Source: Candidatus Woesearchaeota archaeon
GTDB lineage: Archaea; Nanobdellota; Nanobdellia; Woesearchaeales; JAWBMQ01
Direction: 5' to 3'
Assembly (NCBI GenBank): GCA_038825875.1
Contig: JAWBOS010000004.1
Span: forward strand, 1 to 61,664
DNA length: 61,664 nt
This document shows positions 18,536 through 28,263 of this stretch, piece by piece; within the stretch, counting starts at the first letter, position 1, and the number at the start of each line of letters is the position of its first letter. The position numbers and the translations under genes are program-made. The notes beneath the pieces are model-generated. The model had not been told where the DNA came from, did not search any database, and worked only from the letters and a program-made list of their open reading frames with translations.

Positions 18536-20007
18536 TTTTGGAAAAATATTTAAATATTTTTCTCCATTCTGTACAGAATATGAAAAATAGCAATTTACTT
18601 TTATTTGTGTTTTTGGTTTTTAGTGTACTTCCATTAGCTAGTTACGCTGAAACAAAGATAGCAAAAATTGAACCAATAAAGGATCGAATCTATGAGAATG
18701 AGACTGCCCAGTTTAAGATAACCGTGCTACAGAATGGAACTTATACAGTAGATGTTTCTGTTTATACCTTTGAATGGTTCTTTTATACAGATCCTGTTTC
18801 AGTGTATTTTTCGCCACATCCTTTTAAGGAAGGAGATGAATTCTTCATTTTCTTAAAGCCCATGAAGGTTGAGCCAAAAACATATGTTTTTAGTTTGACG
18901 TTAAAAAATGAAACCTATGAAGAAATTATTCCCTTAAGAATTTTTGTTTTAACAAAACCAGTAGTTCAAGAAGAATATCCTCTACTTGTTAAGGTTGATA
19001 CATCAATTTCTAAGACAAAATATTATCCTAATGAAACAGTATTTTTTGATATTTATTTGGAAAATAAAAATCCAAGAAATGTTGGAATTGTTGAGGTTAC
19101 TATAAAAAACGATTTTTATTCAGTTGTTAAAAATTATAACCTTAAACCCAGGACTAAAGAAGCTAGTCCTTCAGATTATAAAATTTTAGATGTATTATCT
19201 TTTAAGATTCCTGAAAAAATTACTCCAAGAAAGTCCACGATTTTTGTAGTAATAAAATATGAAAATGAAGTTTTTTCAAAATCTCTTGAATTTGAAATAT
19301 TACCAATAGAAAAAGGACAAGATATTTATGATTTCAAAGAGAAGAGGTTATGGAACTTTTTTATTTTAGAAAAAAACTATACAATTCATCTCATTAACCA
19401 GGGCAATGTTCCCTTAAGATTCTACAAGAAGATTCCAGTGGGAAGATTCTTGAGGTATGTTGATGGGAATGCAACCCTTATAAATTCTACAATCATAGTA
19501 GATGAAACTATCCCACCATATTCAGAAAGATTTTACGTATTAAATATTAACTATCGACCATATTATACTAAGATCCTTTTTACTATTGCAATTGTTCTTA
19601 TTGTAATTATTCTCTACTTCCTGCTTAGAGCACCTTTTGTAGTATCAAAAAATCTTGTAAAATCATATATTAAGGATGGTTTTCTATATCTTGCTTTTGA
19701 GATAAGCGTAAAGAACAGATCTCGAAGAAGATGGGATGAGGTAGTTGTTAAGGAAAAATTACCTTTAGCATGTGAATATGTAGATAAGGGAATTTTCAAG
19801 CCCGAAGTTTATAAGACTCACGAGGGCTTAGTGTTAAAATGGAAATTAACTGATGTTGATAAGTATGAAGAAAATATAATTTCATATACTGTCAGATTTA
19901 AGTTTCAACTCTTTGGTAGAACAATATTTTCTCCAGCTACAATTTTTTACAAAAAGGGAAACAAAGTTTTTAAATTGATAAGTAATGAGCTTGTAGTTGA
20001 TCTATGA
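18532..20007 (+). CDS. secreted/membrane-anchored surface protein (Ig-like/CARDB-like repeats)
   Basis: Signal-like LLLFVFLVFSVLPLASYA, beta-rich repeats, and a late TM segment ILFTIAIVLIVIILYFLL. The start could be 18580. Confidence 0.6.
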   Translation: MILEKYLNIFLHSVQNMKNSNLLLFVFLVFSVLPLASYAETKIAKIEPIKDRIYENETAQFKITVLQNGTYTVDVSVYTFEWFFYTDPVSVYFSPHPFKEGDEFFIFLKPMKVEPKTYVFSLTLKNETYEEIIPLRIFVLTKPVVQEEYPLLVKVDTSISKTKYYPNETVFFDIYLENKNPRNVGIVEVTIKNDFYSVVKNYNLKPRTKEASPSDYKILDVLSFKIPEKITPRKSTIFVVIKYENEVFSKSLEFEILPIEKGQDIYDFKEKRLWNFFILEKNYTIHLINQGNVPLRFYKKIPVGRFLRYVDGNATLINSTIIVDETIPPYSERFYVLNINYRPYYTKILFTIAIVLIVIILYFLLRAPFVVSKNLVKSYIKDGFLYLAFEISVKNRSRRRWDEVVVKEKLPLACEYVDKGIFKPEVYKTHEGLVLKWKLTDVDKYEENIISYTVRFKFQLFGRTIFSPATIFYKKGNKVFKLISNELVVDL

Positions 20008-20297
20008 CAAATTTACCTATATTAGATTCGGAGCTAAAGAGGATTTATGATGATTTTGTAGATTGTTTAGAAAAGCAGAAACAAAATCTTTTTGATTTAC
20101 AATTTGAGGAGCTAAGATATCTTTTTTTGAAGGCACTTCTTGTAAAAGATAATAACATAATATATATTCAAATATTAAGAGAATTGGTTGAAAAGATTTT
20201 AGAATATAGAGTTAGAATATCAAAAAATATTTTGAATTTTTTGGAAGCAGAAAGCAAAACTTTTATATTAATGGTTCAAAGATTGAAAGAATCTTAA
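20004..20297 (+). CDS. hypothetical protein
   Basis: 97-aa ORF coupled by 4 nt to the previous gene. Confidence 0.45.
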   Translation: MTNLPILDSELKRIYDDFVDCLEKQKQNLFDLQFEELRYLFLKALLVKDNNIIYIQILRELVEKILEYRVRISKNILNFLEAESKTFILMVQRLKES

Positions 20298-20611
20298 GAT
20301 TTTTTTATTGAAAGAATTGCTTTTGCAAGATCCCCATTTGCCTGCTTTAATGCATCAATTGCATCTTCTTCACTACAATTTGTTTGTTCCATTACAAGTT
20401 TTATGTCTTCTTCTGTGAAGTTTATAAACTCTTCAACTCCAGCAATTTGAAATATGGTTTGTCCAGAGATGCTGATCTTTGATACAGACGGATTTTTTAT
20501 TTTTATTTGAGTATTGTCTTTTTTTAGAATAATTACCTCTTTAGCTTCTATCTCCTGCAGATTCATTCCCATTCTTTGCATTGCTTTTTGTAAATCTCGA
20601 GGATTGATCAT
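20294..20611 (-). CDS. nac: nascent polypeptide-associated complex protein (NAC + UBA)
   Basis: QKAMQRMGMNLQEIEAKEVII.. NAC domain and C-terminal UBA-like EEDAIDALKQANGDLAKAIL. Confidence 0.88.
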   Translation of the reverse strand: MINPRDLQKAMQRMGMNLQEIEAKEVIILKKDNTQIKIKNPSVSKISISGQTIFQIAGVEEFINFTEEDIKLVMEQTNCSEEDAIDALKQANGDLAKAILSIKKS

Positions 20612-20614
20612 TTT

Positions 20615-20776
20615 TTAAAATTTTACCAGCAAATGAAGAATGACCTCTATTAATATTATAATTCCTATGATAATCATTATTTGTTTTGGTGTTAAAACGA
20701 TCTTACCCTCAGATTCTTCAGTATATCTTACTAATCCTCCACCACTAGGCAAATAAAGTTTTGGTTTTTTTGCCAT
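20615..20776 (-). CDS. secG: preprotein translocase subunit Sec61-beta (SecG, archaeal)
   Basis: Not in the ORF track (53 aa). Manual translation gives MAKKPKLYLPSGGGLVRYTEESEGKIVLTPKQIMIIIGIIILIEVILHLLVKF: a G-L-V-R-Y motif plus a single C-terminal TM, 3 nt upstream of nac. Confidence 0.75.
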   Translation of the reverse strand: MAKKPKLYLPSGGGLVRYTEESEGKIVLTPKQIMIIIGIIILIEVILHLLVKF

Positions 20777-20909
20777 ATGTTAAAAAGAAAGATAGAGTAT
20801 TTATAAATATTTTTGTATTTTGAATAAAATTAGTGCAAAAATCGAAACATTTAAATATTATTAAGACATAAGGTTATTTCAATAATTTGTGAATGGAAGG
20901 TGAAAAACA

Positions 20910-21773
20910 ATGAAACGCATTTTTTTCGGATTCTTTATGGCTCTATTATTATTTTTAGTTGCATGTGATGTTGGTTCTCAGAGTTTTGTAGGACAATCCT
21001 CTGGAAAGCCAGTTCAGTATTTTGTTACTGTGGCTCCACCTAAAGTAATGCCTAACGAGGAATTTACTATTCAAGGATTTGTTAGAAATAATGGGGATTG
21101 TGATATGAAAAATTGGAATTTGACACTGTTTGGTTTATCAACAGATGTTGTAAAGGTTGATGGGGACAATATTCTTAATAATGTGCAAGTTCAGAAAAAT
21201 ATAAATCCTGACATGATCTCGCAAGAATTTTCTAAGAGACTTAATGTTACTAAGACTGTTTATAATCCTATGAAGTATTCTTTCTATCTTCAATCATCCT
21301 TTGGGTATGAGACAAAAGCTACAACTTGGTTTTGCTATTCTTTGGCAGATCCTACTTGCTCAGGTAATGTAAAAGAGCATAGGGTTTCAGCAGGATATTT
21401 ACAAATTTCTCAGCCGACAGTGGAGTTACTTATTGATACTAATGAATATATGAAGTATAAGGTTTCTTATACAATAATAAATCCTTATTCAGATGTAAGA
21501 TTAAGTCCTTTAACAATTACCGTTAACTTAAATGGTTGGAATAATGTTGAAGCAACATTTATTGGAAAGACCGTGGTGAAAAAAGAGTCAGGATACTCAC
21601 ACACAATTAATAGTTTTGAGCTCTTAGATAATAAAATGACAGTAGACTTTATACTAACGATTCAAAAAAGTTCTATCGGTGTCACAGATAAGTTAAATAC
21701 AATAACTTTTAATATATCTTACACGGTTACAGAATATTTGCCTGTTTCAGTGGAGATAATTCCTAAACAATAA
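20910..21773 (+). CDS. predicted lipoprotein/surface protein, paralog 1
   Basis: Signal plus lipobox LFLVAC, with a beta-rich mature part. Confidence 0.6.
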   Translation: MKRIFFGFFMALLLFLVACDVGSQSFVGQSSGKPVQYFVTVAPPKVMPNEEFTIQGFVRNNGDCDMKNWNLTLFGLSTDVVKVDGDNILNNVQVQKNINPDMISQEFSKRLNVTKTVYNPMKYSFYLQSSFGYETKATTWFCYSLADPTCSGNVKEHRVSAGYLQISQPTVELLIDTNEYMKYKVSYTIINPYSDVRLSPLTITVNLNGWNNVEATFIGKTVVKKESGYSHTINSFELLDNKMTVDFILTIQKSSIGVTDKLNTITFNISYTVTEYLPVSVEIIPKQ

Positions 21774-21785
21774 AGGGTGAAAAAA

Positions 21786-22862
21786 ATGAAAGATTCAAAA
21801 ATATACTTTTTGTTAATTGCATTGAGTCTGTTAATTTTTGTTGGATGTGAAGGAGGAGATATTGGTGGATTTATGAGATCTTCTCAAAGAACTTCTTCAA
21901 AAACTCCTCTCAGAGTAACTTTGGGTGCAGTTCCAAATCCAGTTTATGCAGGAGAAGGCAAAATTTCTATTCCCTTTTTTGTGGAAAATTTAGGAGAATT
22001 AGATGTCAAAGATTTTAATATAAGTTTAATAAGTGATGGTGTATTTTCTTCATCGAGTAAAAGTGTATCTATTAATAATAAGAGTAGAACATCCGATTAC
22101 TTAGAGAATATTATAGTAACTAGTACTTTTTTATCTGATTATTCTACTATAAGAACACTACAAATGGAATACGCATATCTTTATAATGGAAATGCACAAG
22201 TTCAATTCTGTGTTGGAGATATTTCATTATCTTATGACCCAAATAAGAAAGGATTATGTGGAGTAAAGACCTCTGCACAGGTTACATCAACGTTTTCACA
22301 CATCGAAATAAAAAGTGCAACTTTTGAAACACAAGCTACAGATACTGTAAAGATGGAAATTATTTTAGGAAAGGTAGATAATTCAGAAAGGCTTTATCCA
22401 GTTGCTGGAACCCAAAACCTTATTAATCATTTGAAAGACAAAAACAAAAAGGCCAAGGAAGGAATACTTTTATCAATTTCTTTTGACAGCAACAAATTTA
22501 AAGAAGATAGTATCTGTTATTATCCAACATATTATGATGCAGATACATCTTCCAATTTGAAGGATTTAAAAAATAGTAAAGAGGTTTATTTTTCAGGAAA
22601 CACTGCAAGAATTCACTGTTATCTTAAACTTACAGATTCTGCAAAAAGTAATATTTCTTCAGAACCATATACTTTAATGGGAGTATTTGAGTTGGACTTT
22701 ACCTATGTTGCAAAAGGAGAACTTTCTACGCAAATTACAGTAATAAATCCAGATTATTATAAATCAGGATCAACTCCTTCAACTCCGACTCCTCCTTCAG
22801 GTGGGGGGGTATGCTTGCCTGAGCCGAGTGATTCAGGAGTGGAAGAAGATAAATCGAGATAA
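21786..22862 (+). CDS. predicted lipoprotein/surface protein, paralog 2
   Basis: Signal plus lipobox LIFVGC and a Pro/Thr-rich C-terminal tail STPSTPTPPSGGG. The ATG at 21786 follows AAGGGTGA (the track GTG is at 21777). Confidence 0.6.
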   Translation: MKDSKIYFLLIALSLLIFVGCEGGDIGGFMRSSQRTSSKTPLRVTLGAVPNPVYAGEGKISIPFFVENLGELDVKDFNISLISDGVFSSSSKSVSINNKSRTSDYLENIIVTSTFLSDYSTIRTLQMEYAYLYNGNAQVQFCVGDISLSYDPNKKGLCGVKTSAQVTSTFSHIEIKSATFETQATDTVKMEIILGKVDNSERLYPVAGTQNLINHLKDKNKKAKEGILLSISFDSNKFKEDSICYYPTYYDADTSSNLKDLKNSKEVYFSGNTARIHCYLKLTDSAKSNISSEPYTLMGVFELDFTYVAKGELSTQITVINPDYYKSGSTPSTPTPPSGGGVCLPEPSDSGVEEDKSR

Positions 22863-23062
22863 ATATATATGATAGATGGATTGAAATCTAGCAAGGACTT
22901 ATGACTATAATTCCATGAGAAGTTAATCTTAAAGGGTATAGTGTATAGGTACGTAAAAAAGATCACCTTAAAAACTTCTTTTTCTTTTTTTTTTCAAAAT
23001 CTTTTTAAATTAGTGGTTTTCTTAATGCATAGAAATTGTGATAAATTGAGGAGGTATAGAAA

Positions 23063-23758
23063 ATGGTGGATCCAGTTGAATATGATCGAGCACCAACTAT
23101 GTTTAGTCCAGATGGTAGATTGCTTCAGGTAGAATATGCAAAAAAGACAGTTAAACAAGGAAGTTCAACCATAGGTATTATATATAAAGATGGAGCTTTG
23201 ATTGTTGCAGATAAGAGAATTTTAGATCCATTAATAATAAAAGAGGCTGTAGAAAAGATATACGAGATTGATGATCATATAATTGCTTCTGCGGCAGGAA
23301 TAATAAGTGATGCTAGAATATTAATGGACTATGCAAGGATTAAAGCTATGCAGCATAGACTAGTTTATCAATCACATATTGATGTTTTGGAGCTTGTTAA
23401 AGAGGTTTCAGATATTCAACAAGTTTATACACAGGTAGGAGGTCATAGGCCATTTGGAGTATCTTTAATTATTGCAGGTTTTGATTCATCTCCAAGATTA
23501 TTTTGCACAGATCCTGTTGGAATATATTTTCCATATTATGCAGTAGCAATTGGTGCTGGAGAAGAAAAAATGATGGATTTTTTGCATAAAAATTACAAAG
23601 AAAATCTTTCATTTGAAGAAGCTTTGAAACTGGGTATAAATTGCTTAAAAGAGGGAGTAGAGAATCTATCCTATGAGAGAATTATCATAAAAGGTGTTAC
23701 CAAAGATAAAAAGATAATTACTTTGCAGCAAGATGAAATAAAAAAACTTCTGAAATAG
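23063..23758 (+). CDS. psmA: proteasome subunit alpha
   Basis: YDRAPTMFSPDGRLLQVEYAKK is the canonical alpha-subunit N-terminus. Confidence 0.94.
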   Translation: MVDPVEYDRAPTMFSPDGRLLQVEYAKKTVKQGSSTIGIIYKDGALIVADKRILDPLIIKEAVEKIYEIDDHIIASAAGIISDARILMDYARIKAMQHRLVYQSHIDVLELVKEVSDIQQVYTQVGGHRPFGVSLIIAGFDSSPRLFCTDPVGIYFPYYAVAIGAGEEKMMDFLHKNYKENLSFEEALKLGINCLKEGVENLSYERIIIKGVTKDKKIITLQQDEIKKLLK

Positions 23759-23822
23759 GACAATTCACAAATTTTTTATATTTTTTATTTTATTCTTTAC
23801 ATACATGATATGAGGTGAAAGA

Positions 23823-24533
23823 GTGACTATTCATTTTGCTAAGGAGGATAAGGCTAAATTTCATATTGCACGTCTTAAGAGAAATGGAAAAATCTTTGAA
23901 ATTCATGTGGATCCTGAAAAAGCTTTAGAGTTCAGAAATGGTAAGAATATTCCGATTAGAGATATCTTGTTATCATATGATATTTTCAAGGATGTTAAGA
24001 AAGGGGATAGAGCCTCTGGACTTCAAGAGACATTTGGAACAACAGATGTAGAAAAAGTAGCAGAGATTATTCTCAGGGAAGGTGAGCTTGAACTTACAGC
24101 AGAATTTCTGAGAAAGAGAGCAGAACAAATGAGAAAAGAAGTAATAACTATGATTCACGAAAATGCGATAGATGCAAAAACCAAATTACCAATTCCCATT
24201 GATGTAATTGAGAGAGCATTAGATGAAGCAAAAGTTAACATAAACCCTAATAGATCTGTAAAAGATAATTTTGATGAAGCAATCTCTAAGATTAGATTTG
24301 TTTTGCCTATTAAATTGGAAACAAAAAAATTGTTTATGAGAATTCCATCGGCTTATGCATCTAAATCAGTAGGTCTTGTAAAAAGATTTGCAAAAATATT
24401 GAAGGAAGATTGGTTACAGGATGGTTCTCTTTCCTTTGAGCTTGAAGTGACGGCAGGCAAATATCTTGAATTAATCTCACAGATTTCTAAATTAACTCAG
24501 GGATCAGCAGAGATAAAGGATTTAACTCAGTAG
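23823..24533 (+). CDS. sdo1: ribosome maturation protein SBDS/Sdo1
   Basis: ARLKRNGKIFEIHVDPEKALEFRNGK FYSH domain, ~235 aa, in the conserved position after psmA. GTG start after GAGGTGA. Confidence 0.88.
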   Translation: MTIHFAKEDKAKFHIARLKRNGKIFEIHVDPEKALEFRNGKNIPIRDILLSYDIFKDVKKGDRASGLQETFGTTDVEKVAEIILREGELELTAEFLRKRAEQMRKEVITMIHENAIDAKTKLPIPIDVIERALDEAKVNINPNRSVKDNFDEAISKIRFVLPIKLETKKLFMRIPSAYASKSVGLVKRFAKILKEDWLQDGSLSFELEVTAGKYLELISQISKLTQGSAEIKDLTQ

Positions 24534-24619
24534 TCCTATAGCAAAATACTTTTAAATCCTTCTTTTTTCCTTTTTAGAATATTTCATATTTTTCGTTTTA
24601 TTTTTGGAAGGTGATTGTT

Positions 24620-25342
24620 ATGGCTTTATATGTAGATCCAAAAAAATTAGTTGTTCCAGGGACATTAATTGCAGATGGTTTAGATTATGTTCCTTCTTCA
24701 GGAACTTACAGACAAGGTGATAAGATATATTCATCAAAATTAGGTTTACTTAGTATTTCTAAAAATGTTATAAAGATAGTACCTTTAGCTGGGAAATATT
24801 TTCCAAAAGAAGGAGATGTTGTTATAGGAAAAGTTATTGATATAGTCCCAAGGGGTTGGTTAGTAGATATAAATTCTCCATATGAAGCAATGTTGGCGTT
24901 AAAAGATATGACCAATGATTATGTTGCTAAAGATGAAGATCTTTCAAGATATCTGGCGATAGGAGATTACATTCTTGTGAAGATAATAAGAGTGAGTCCT
25001 ACTTTTCTAATAGATCTTTCAATGAAGGATGAGAATTATGAGTTAAAAAAATTGGTTGGCGGAAGAATAATCAAGTTTAATACACAAAAGATTCCGCGAT
25101 TGATTGGAAAACAAGGAAGCATGATTAAAACAATCAAGAAATACCTTGCATTGAATTTTTATATTGGATTGAATGGATTGGTTTGGATGCAGGGTTCTGT
25201 GAAGGAAGAGTTAATTTTTTTGAAAATAATTGAGATGGTTGACAAATATAGTCATACCTCGGGGTTGACTGAAAGAGTAGATAAATTTCTTAGTGAAGCA
25301 AAGAACTGGAATATTGATCAAATAAAAAAATACTCAATTTAA
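24620..25342 (+). CDS. rrp4: exosome complex RNA-binding protein Rrp4 (S1 + KH)
   Basis: GDVVIGKVIDIVPRGWLVDI (S1) and IPRLIGKQGSMIKTI (KH GxxG). ATG at 24620 after GGAAGGTGA. Confidence 0.9.
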   Translation: MALYVDPKKLVVPGTLIADGLDYVPSSGTYRQGDKIYSSKLGLLSISKNVIKIVPLAGKYFPKEGDVVIGKVIDIVPRGWLVDINSPYEAMLALKDMTNDYVAKDEDLSRYLAIGDYILVKIIRVSPTFLIDLSMKDENYELKKLVGGRIIKFNTQKIPRLIGKQGSMIKTIKKYLALNFYIGLNGLVWMQGSVKEELIFLKIIEMVDKYSHTSGLTERVDKFLSEAKNWNIDQIKKYSI

Positions 25343-25351
25343 GGTGATATC

Positions 25352-26059
25352 ATGTATGAAAAAAGGATAGATGGAAGAGATTGGGATGAATTAAGGCCAA
25401 TAGAAGCTAAAATTCATGTTATAAAAAATGCAGATGGTTCAGCTTATTTTAGAATGGGTAAAACAGCAGCGTTTGCAGCAGTTTATGGTCCTAGAAAACT
25501 TTTCCCAAAATTCTTGCAAGATTCTGAAAAAGGGTTGTTAAGAGTAACATATTGGATGATGCCTTTTTCGGGGATTGGGGGTAGAGTGAAGCCAGTACCA
25601 AATAGAAGAGCACAGGAATTATCTAAAGTTATAGAAAATGCTTTAAATCGTGTTGTTATTTTGGATGAATTTCCAAATTCAGTGGTAGATGTTTTTATTG
25701 CTCTTTTTGAGACAGATGCAGGAAGTAGATGTGTGGCTTTAAATGCTGCTAGTTTAGCGTTAGCTTCAGCAGGTCTTTCTATGAGGGATTTAGTTTGCGC
25801 TGTTGCTATGGGAAGAGTAGAGGACAAGTTAGTTGTGGATTTAAATTATGAGGAAGAAAGTTATGATGGTATTGTGGCAGATATTCCTTTTGCAGTTATT
25901 CCCTCAAACAAAGAAATTGTTTTACTTCAAGGAGATGGACATATAACAAAGGATATGCTTTTTACTCTTTTAGATAAAAAACTAGAAAGTGCAATCTCTA
26001 AGATTTATGAAGTTCAGAAAAAGGCACTTCTATCTTATTATGAGGGGGTGGAAGAATGA
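25352..26059 (+). CDS. rrp41: exosome complex exonuclease Rrp41 (RNase PH)
   Basis: RIDGRDWDELRPI, DGSAYF, and the RNase PH domain layout. Confidence 0.92.
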   Translation: MYEKRIDGRDWDELRPIEAKIHVIKNADGSAYFRMGKTAAFAAVYGPRKLFPKFLQDSEKGLLRVTYWMMPFSGIGGRVKPVPNRRAQELSKVIENALNRVVILDEFPNSVVDVFIALFETDAGSRCVALNAASLALASAGLSMRDLVCAVAMGRVEDKLVVDLNYEEESYDGIVADIPFAVIPSNKEIVLLQGDGHITKDMLFTLLDKKLESAISKIYEVQKKALLSYYEGVEE

Positions 26060-26850
26060 AATCAAGTAATGATCAATATCCTGATAAGTATTATGCTGCA
26101 GGTATTAAACTGGATGGTTTACCTTTATTGGATTATGGTGATATTGAAGTTCAAGAAAATTTTTCATCAACTTCAGAGGGTTCTGTTAGAGTAAGGTTTG
26201 GGAATACAGAGGTTTTAGTGGGTGTTAAATTAGAGATAGGTCAGCCTTTTGAAGATACGCCTGAAGAGGGAAATCTAATTGTTGACGCTAATTTAGTTCC
26301 ATTGGGCTCTGAAAAATATGAATTTGGACCACCCTCAATAGATGCAATAGAACTTGCCAGAGTAACTGATCGAGCAATAAGAGAATCAAAATGCATAGAT
26401 ACTTCTTCCTTAGTGATTTCTGCTGGTGAAAAGGTTTGGACAGTAATTGTTGACATCGTGCCTTTGAACACTGCAGGTTGTTTATTTGATATATCTTCAT
26501 TTGGTGCAGTTTTAGCTTTATTAAATACAAAATTTCCCATTATTGAAAATGATAAGATTGTTTATGGAAAATTTTCAGATAAAAGACTTAATCTTCTAAA
26601 TATCCCTATTACTGTAACAGTGTACAAGTATAAAAATTATCTGATGATAAATCCAAGTTTATATGATTTAGAGCATGCAGAATGTAGGTTGAGTATTACT
26701 ACAATTGATGATCAAACAATAGTGGCTTTGCAAAAGGGAGGAATTGGATCATTTACAATCGAAGAAGTTAAAGAATGTGTTAATATTGCATTTAAGAAGG
26801 GTAATGAATTGCGAAAAATGATTAAAGAAAAATATGCTTTATTGAGGTGA
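26056..26850 (+). CDS. rrp42: exosome complex protein Rrp42
   Basis: RNase-PH-like fold, ATGA-coupled to rrp41, in the conserved gene order. Confidence 0.88.
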   Translation: MKSSNDQYPDKYYAAGIKLDGLPLLDYGDIEVQENFSSTSEGSVRVRFGNTEVLVGVKLEIGQPFEDTPEEGNLIVDANLVPLGSEKYEFGPPSIDAIELARVTDRAIRESKCIDTSSLVISAGEKVWTVIVDIVPLNTAGCLFDISSFGAVLALLNTKFPIIENDKIVYGKFSDKRLNLLNIPITVTVYKYKNYLMINPSLYDLEHAECRLSITTIDDQTIVALQKGGIGSFTIEEVKECVNIAFKKGNELRKMIKEKYALLR

Positions 26851-26854
26851 AATT

Positions 26855-27112
26855 ATGAATAAGTTAGTTAGAGAGGACTTTTTTAAAAAGTTGACAAGAT
26901 TTGAGAGGGCAAGAATAATATCTGCTAGAGCGTTTCAATTAGAGTTAAATGCACCTTTTATGATAGAATTTGATGAAGAAACATTGAGAAGTGTGAATTA
27001 TGATCCAGTGCGATTAGCTAGAATTGAATTTGAAAAGGGAGTTGTGCCATTGAGAATAAAACGTTTTGATGAGTGGACAAAAGGAAAATTAAGAGATCAA
27101 AAGAAATCTTAA
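26855..27112 (+). CDS. rpoK: DNA-directed RNA polymerase subunit K (Rpo6)
   Basis: LTRFERARIISARAFQLELNAP and GVVPLRIKR. Confidence 0.85.
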   Translation: MNKLVREDFFKKLTRFERARIISARAFQLELNAPFMIEFDEETLRSVNYDPVRLARIEFEKGVVPLRIKRFDEWTKGKLRDQKKS

Positions 27113-27161
27113 GACAGTAAATATTTATAAAGTAAGCATTTTTCCAAAAAGAGGTGAATCT

Positions 27162-27419
27162 ATGGAAGGAGTTGTAGTGCATTACAGAAGAGGGAAGCAT
27201 GTTCAATATACTAATCAAATTATTATTCATCTAAAGGATATAACTACGAGAGAACTTGCAAGAAGTTTAGTAGGTAAGAAGGTAGTGTATGTTACAAAAA
27301 CAGGAAAGCAGATAGTAGGAGTTATTAAAGCTCCACATGGTAATTCTGGAAATGTTAGAGCAATTTTTGAAAAAGGATTACCAGGGCAATGTATAGGAAA
27401 AAAGGTCATGATTGAGTGA
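27162..27419 (+). CDS. rpl35ae: 50S ribosomal protein L35Ae (eL33)
   Basis: HYRRGKHVQ..GKKVVYVTKTGKQIVGVIKAPHGNSGNVRAIFEKGLPGQ. Confidence 0.88.
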   Translation: MEGVVVHYRRGKHVQYTNQIIIHLKDITTRELARSLVGKKVVYVTKTGKQIVGVIKAPHGNSGNVRAIFEKGLPGQCIGKKVMIE

Positions 27420-27441
27420 TCCAATGATATGAGGTGATGGT

Positions 27442-27789
27442 ATGGAAATTTCATCCGAATTGGGAAATGAGGTTTTATCTTTGATAGAAAGTGTAAAAAA
27501 GACTGGTAAGATTAAGAAGGGCATTAATGAGGTAACAAAGGCAATCGAGCGAGATCAGGCTAAACTTGTAGTTTATGCAAAAGATGTAAATCCACCTGAG
27601 ATAGTTATGCATTTAGAGCCATTATGTAAGGAAAAAGGAATTCCTTGTGTGAAGTATGGAACAAAGGCAGAACTAGGAGCAGTAGTTGGATTAAATGTTG
27701 GAACTAGTTCAATTGCTATAGTGGATGAAGGACAAGAAAAGCAGAGATTAAAAGTAATTTTGGATCAATTGAAAGCACTTTCAAAATAA
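27442..27789 (+). CDS. rpl7ae: 50S ribosomal protein L7Ae (eL8), kink-turn binding
   Basis: GKIKKGINEVTKAIERDQAKLVVYAKDVNPPEIVMHLEPLCKEKGIP. Confidence 0.94.
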   Translation: MEISSELGNEVLSLIESVKKTGKIKKGINEVTKAIERDQAKLVVYAKDVNPPEIVMHLEPLCKEKGIPCVKYGTKAELGAVVGLNVGTSSIAIVDEGQEKQRLKVILDQLKALSK

Positions 27790-27808
27790 CTTAGAGAAGG
27801 TGTGAAAA

Positions 27809-28081
27809 ATGGGAGCACCTAAAAAGAAAGTACGAGAAGTAAAAATGGAGGGAATTGTAGAGGAGAAAAAGGCAGAGTTTGAAGGCCCAGTTCCCGCAAG
27901 AGTAGAGGAAATTATTGGTAGAACAGGAATGAGGGGAGAGGTTACCCAAGTGAGAGTTAAGGTTTTAAGTGGAAAAGATGAAGGAAAGATCATGAGAAGA
28001 AATGTTAAAGGACCTGTGAGGATTGGAGATATCTTAATGCTTAGGAATACAGAAATAGAGGCTTTACCTTTGAAGAGATAA
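27809..28081 (+). CDS. rps28e: 30S ribosomal protein S28e
   Basis: [45 protein letters not shown]. It has a ~20-aa Lys/Glu-rich N-terminal extension if the 27809 start is correct. Confidence 0.9.
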   Translation: MGAPKKKVREVKMEGIVEEKKAEFEGPVPARVEEIIGRTGMRGEVTQVRVKVLSGKDEGKIMRRNVKGPVRIGDILMLRNTEIEALPLKR

Positions 28082-28092
28082 GAGGTGTGAGA

Positions 28093-28263
28093 ATGAAATG
28101 TTCTTTTTGTGGAAGAGAATTTCAGAAAGGAACAGGATTGATGTATGTATTAAATGATGGAAAAATATTGTACTTTTGTTCTTCAAAGTGTAGAAAAAAT
28201 CATTTGAAACTCAGCAGAAATCCAGTAAAATTGAAGTGGACCAAGTTATATTCTCGAGATTAA
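28093..28263 (+). CDS. rpl24e: 50S ribosomal protein L24e
   Basis: Not in the ORF track (56 aa). Manual translation gives [56 protein letters not shown], preceded by GAGGTGTGA. Confidence 0.88.
   Translation: MKCSFCGREFQKGTGLMYVLNDGKILYFCSSKCRKNHLKLSRNPVKLKWTKLYSRD

Noticed and set aside
22780-22860. Local GC-rich patch, considered as a small RNA
   Set aside because: It encodes the Pro/Thr/Gly linker (STPSTPTPPSGGGVCLPEPS) at the end of the 21786..22862 gene, and no stable stem-loops are evident.
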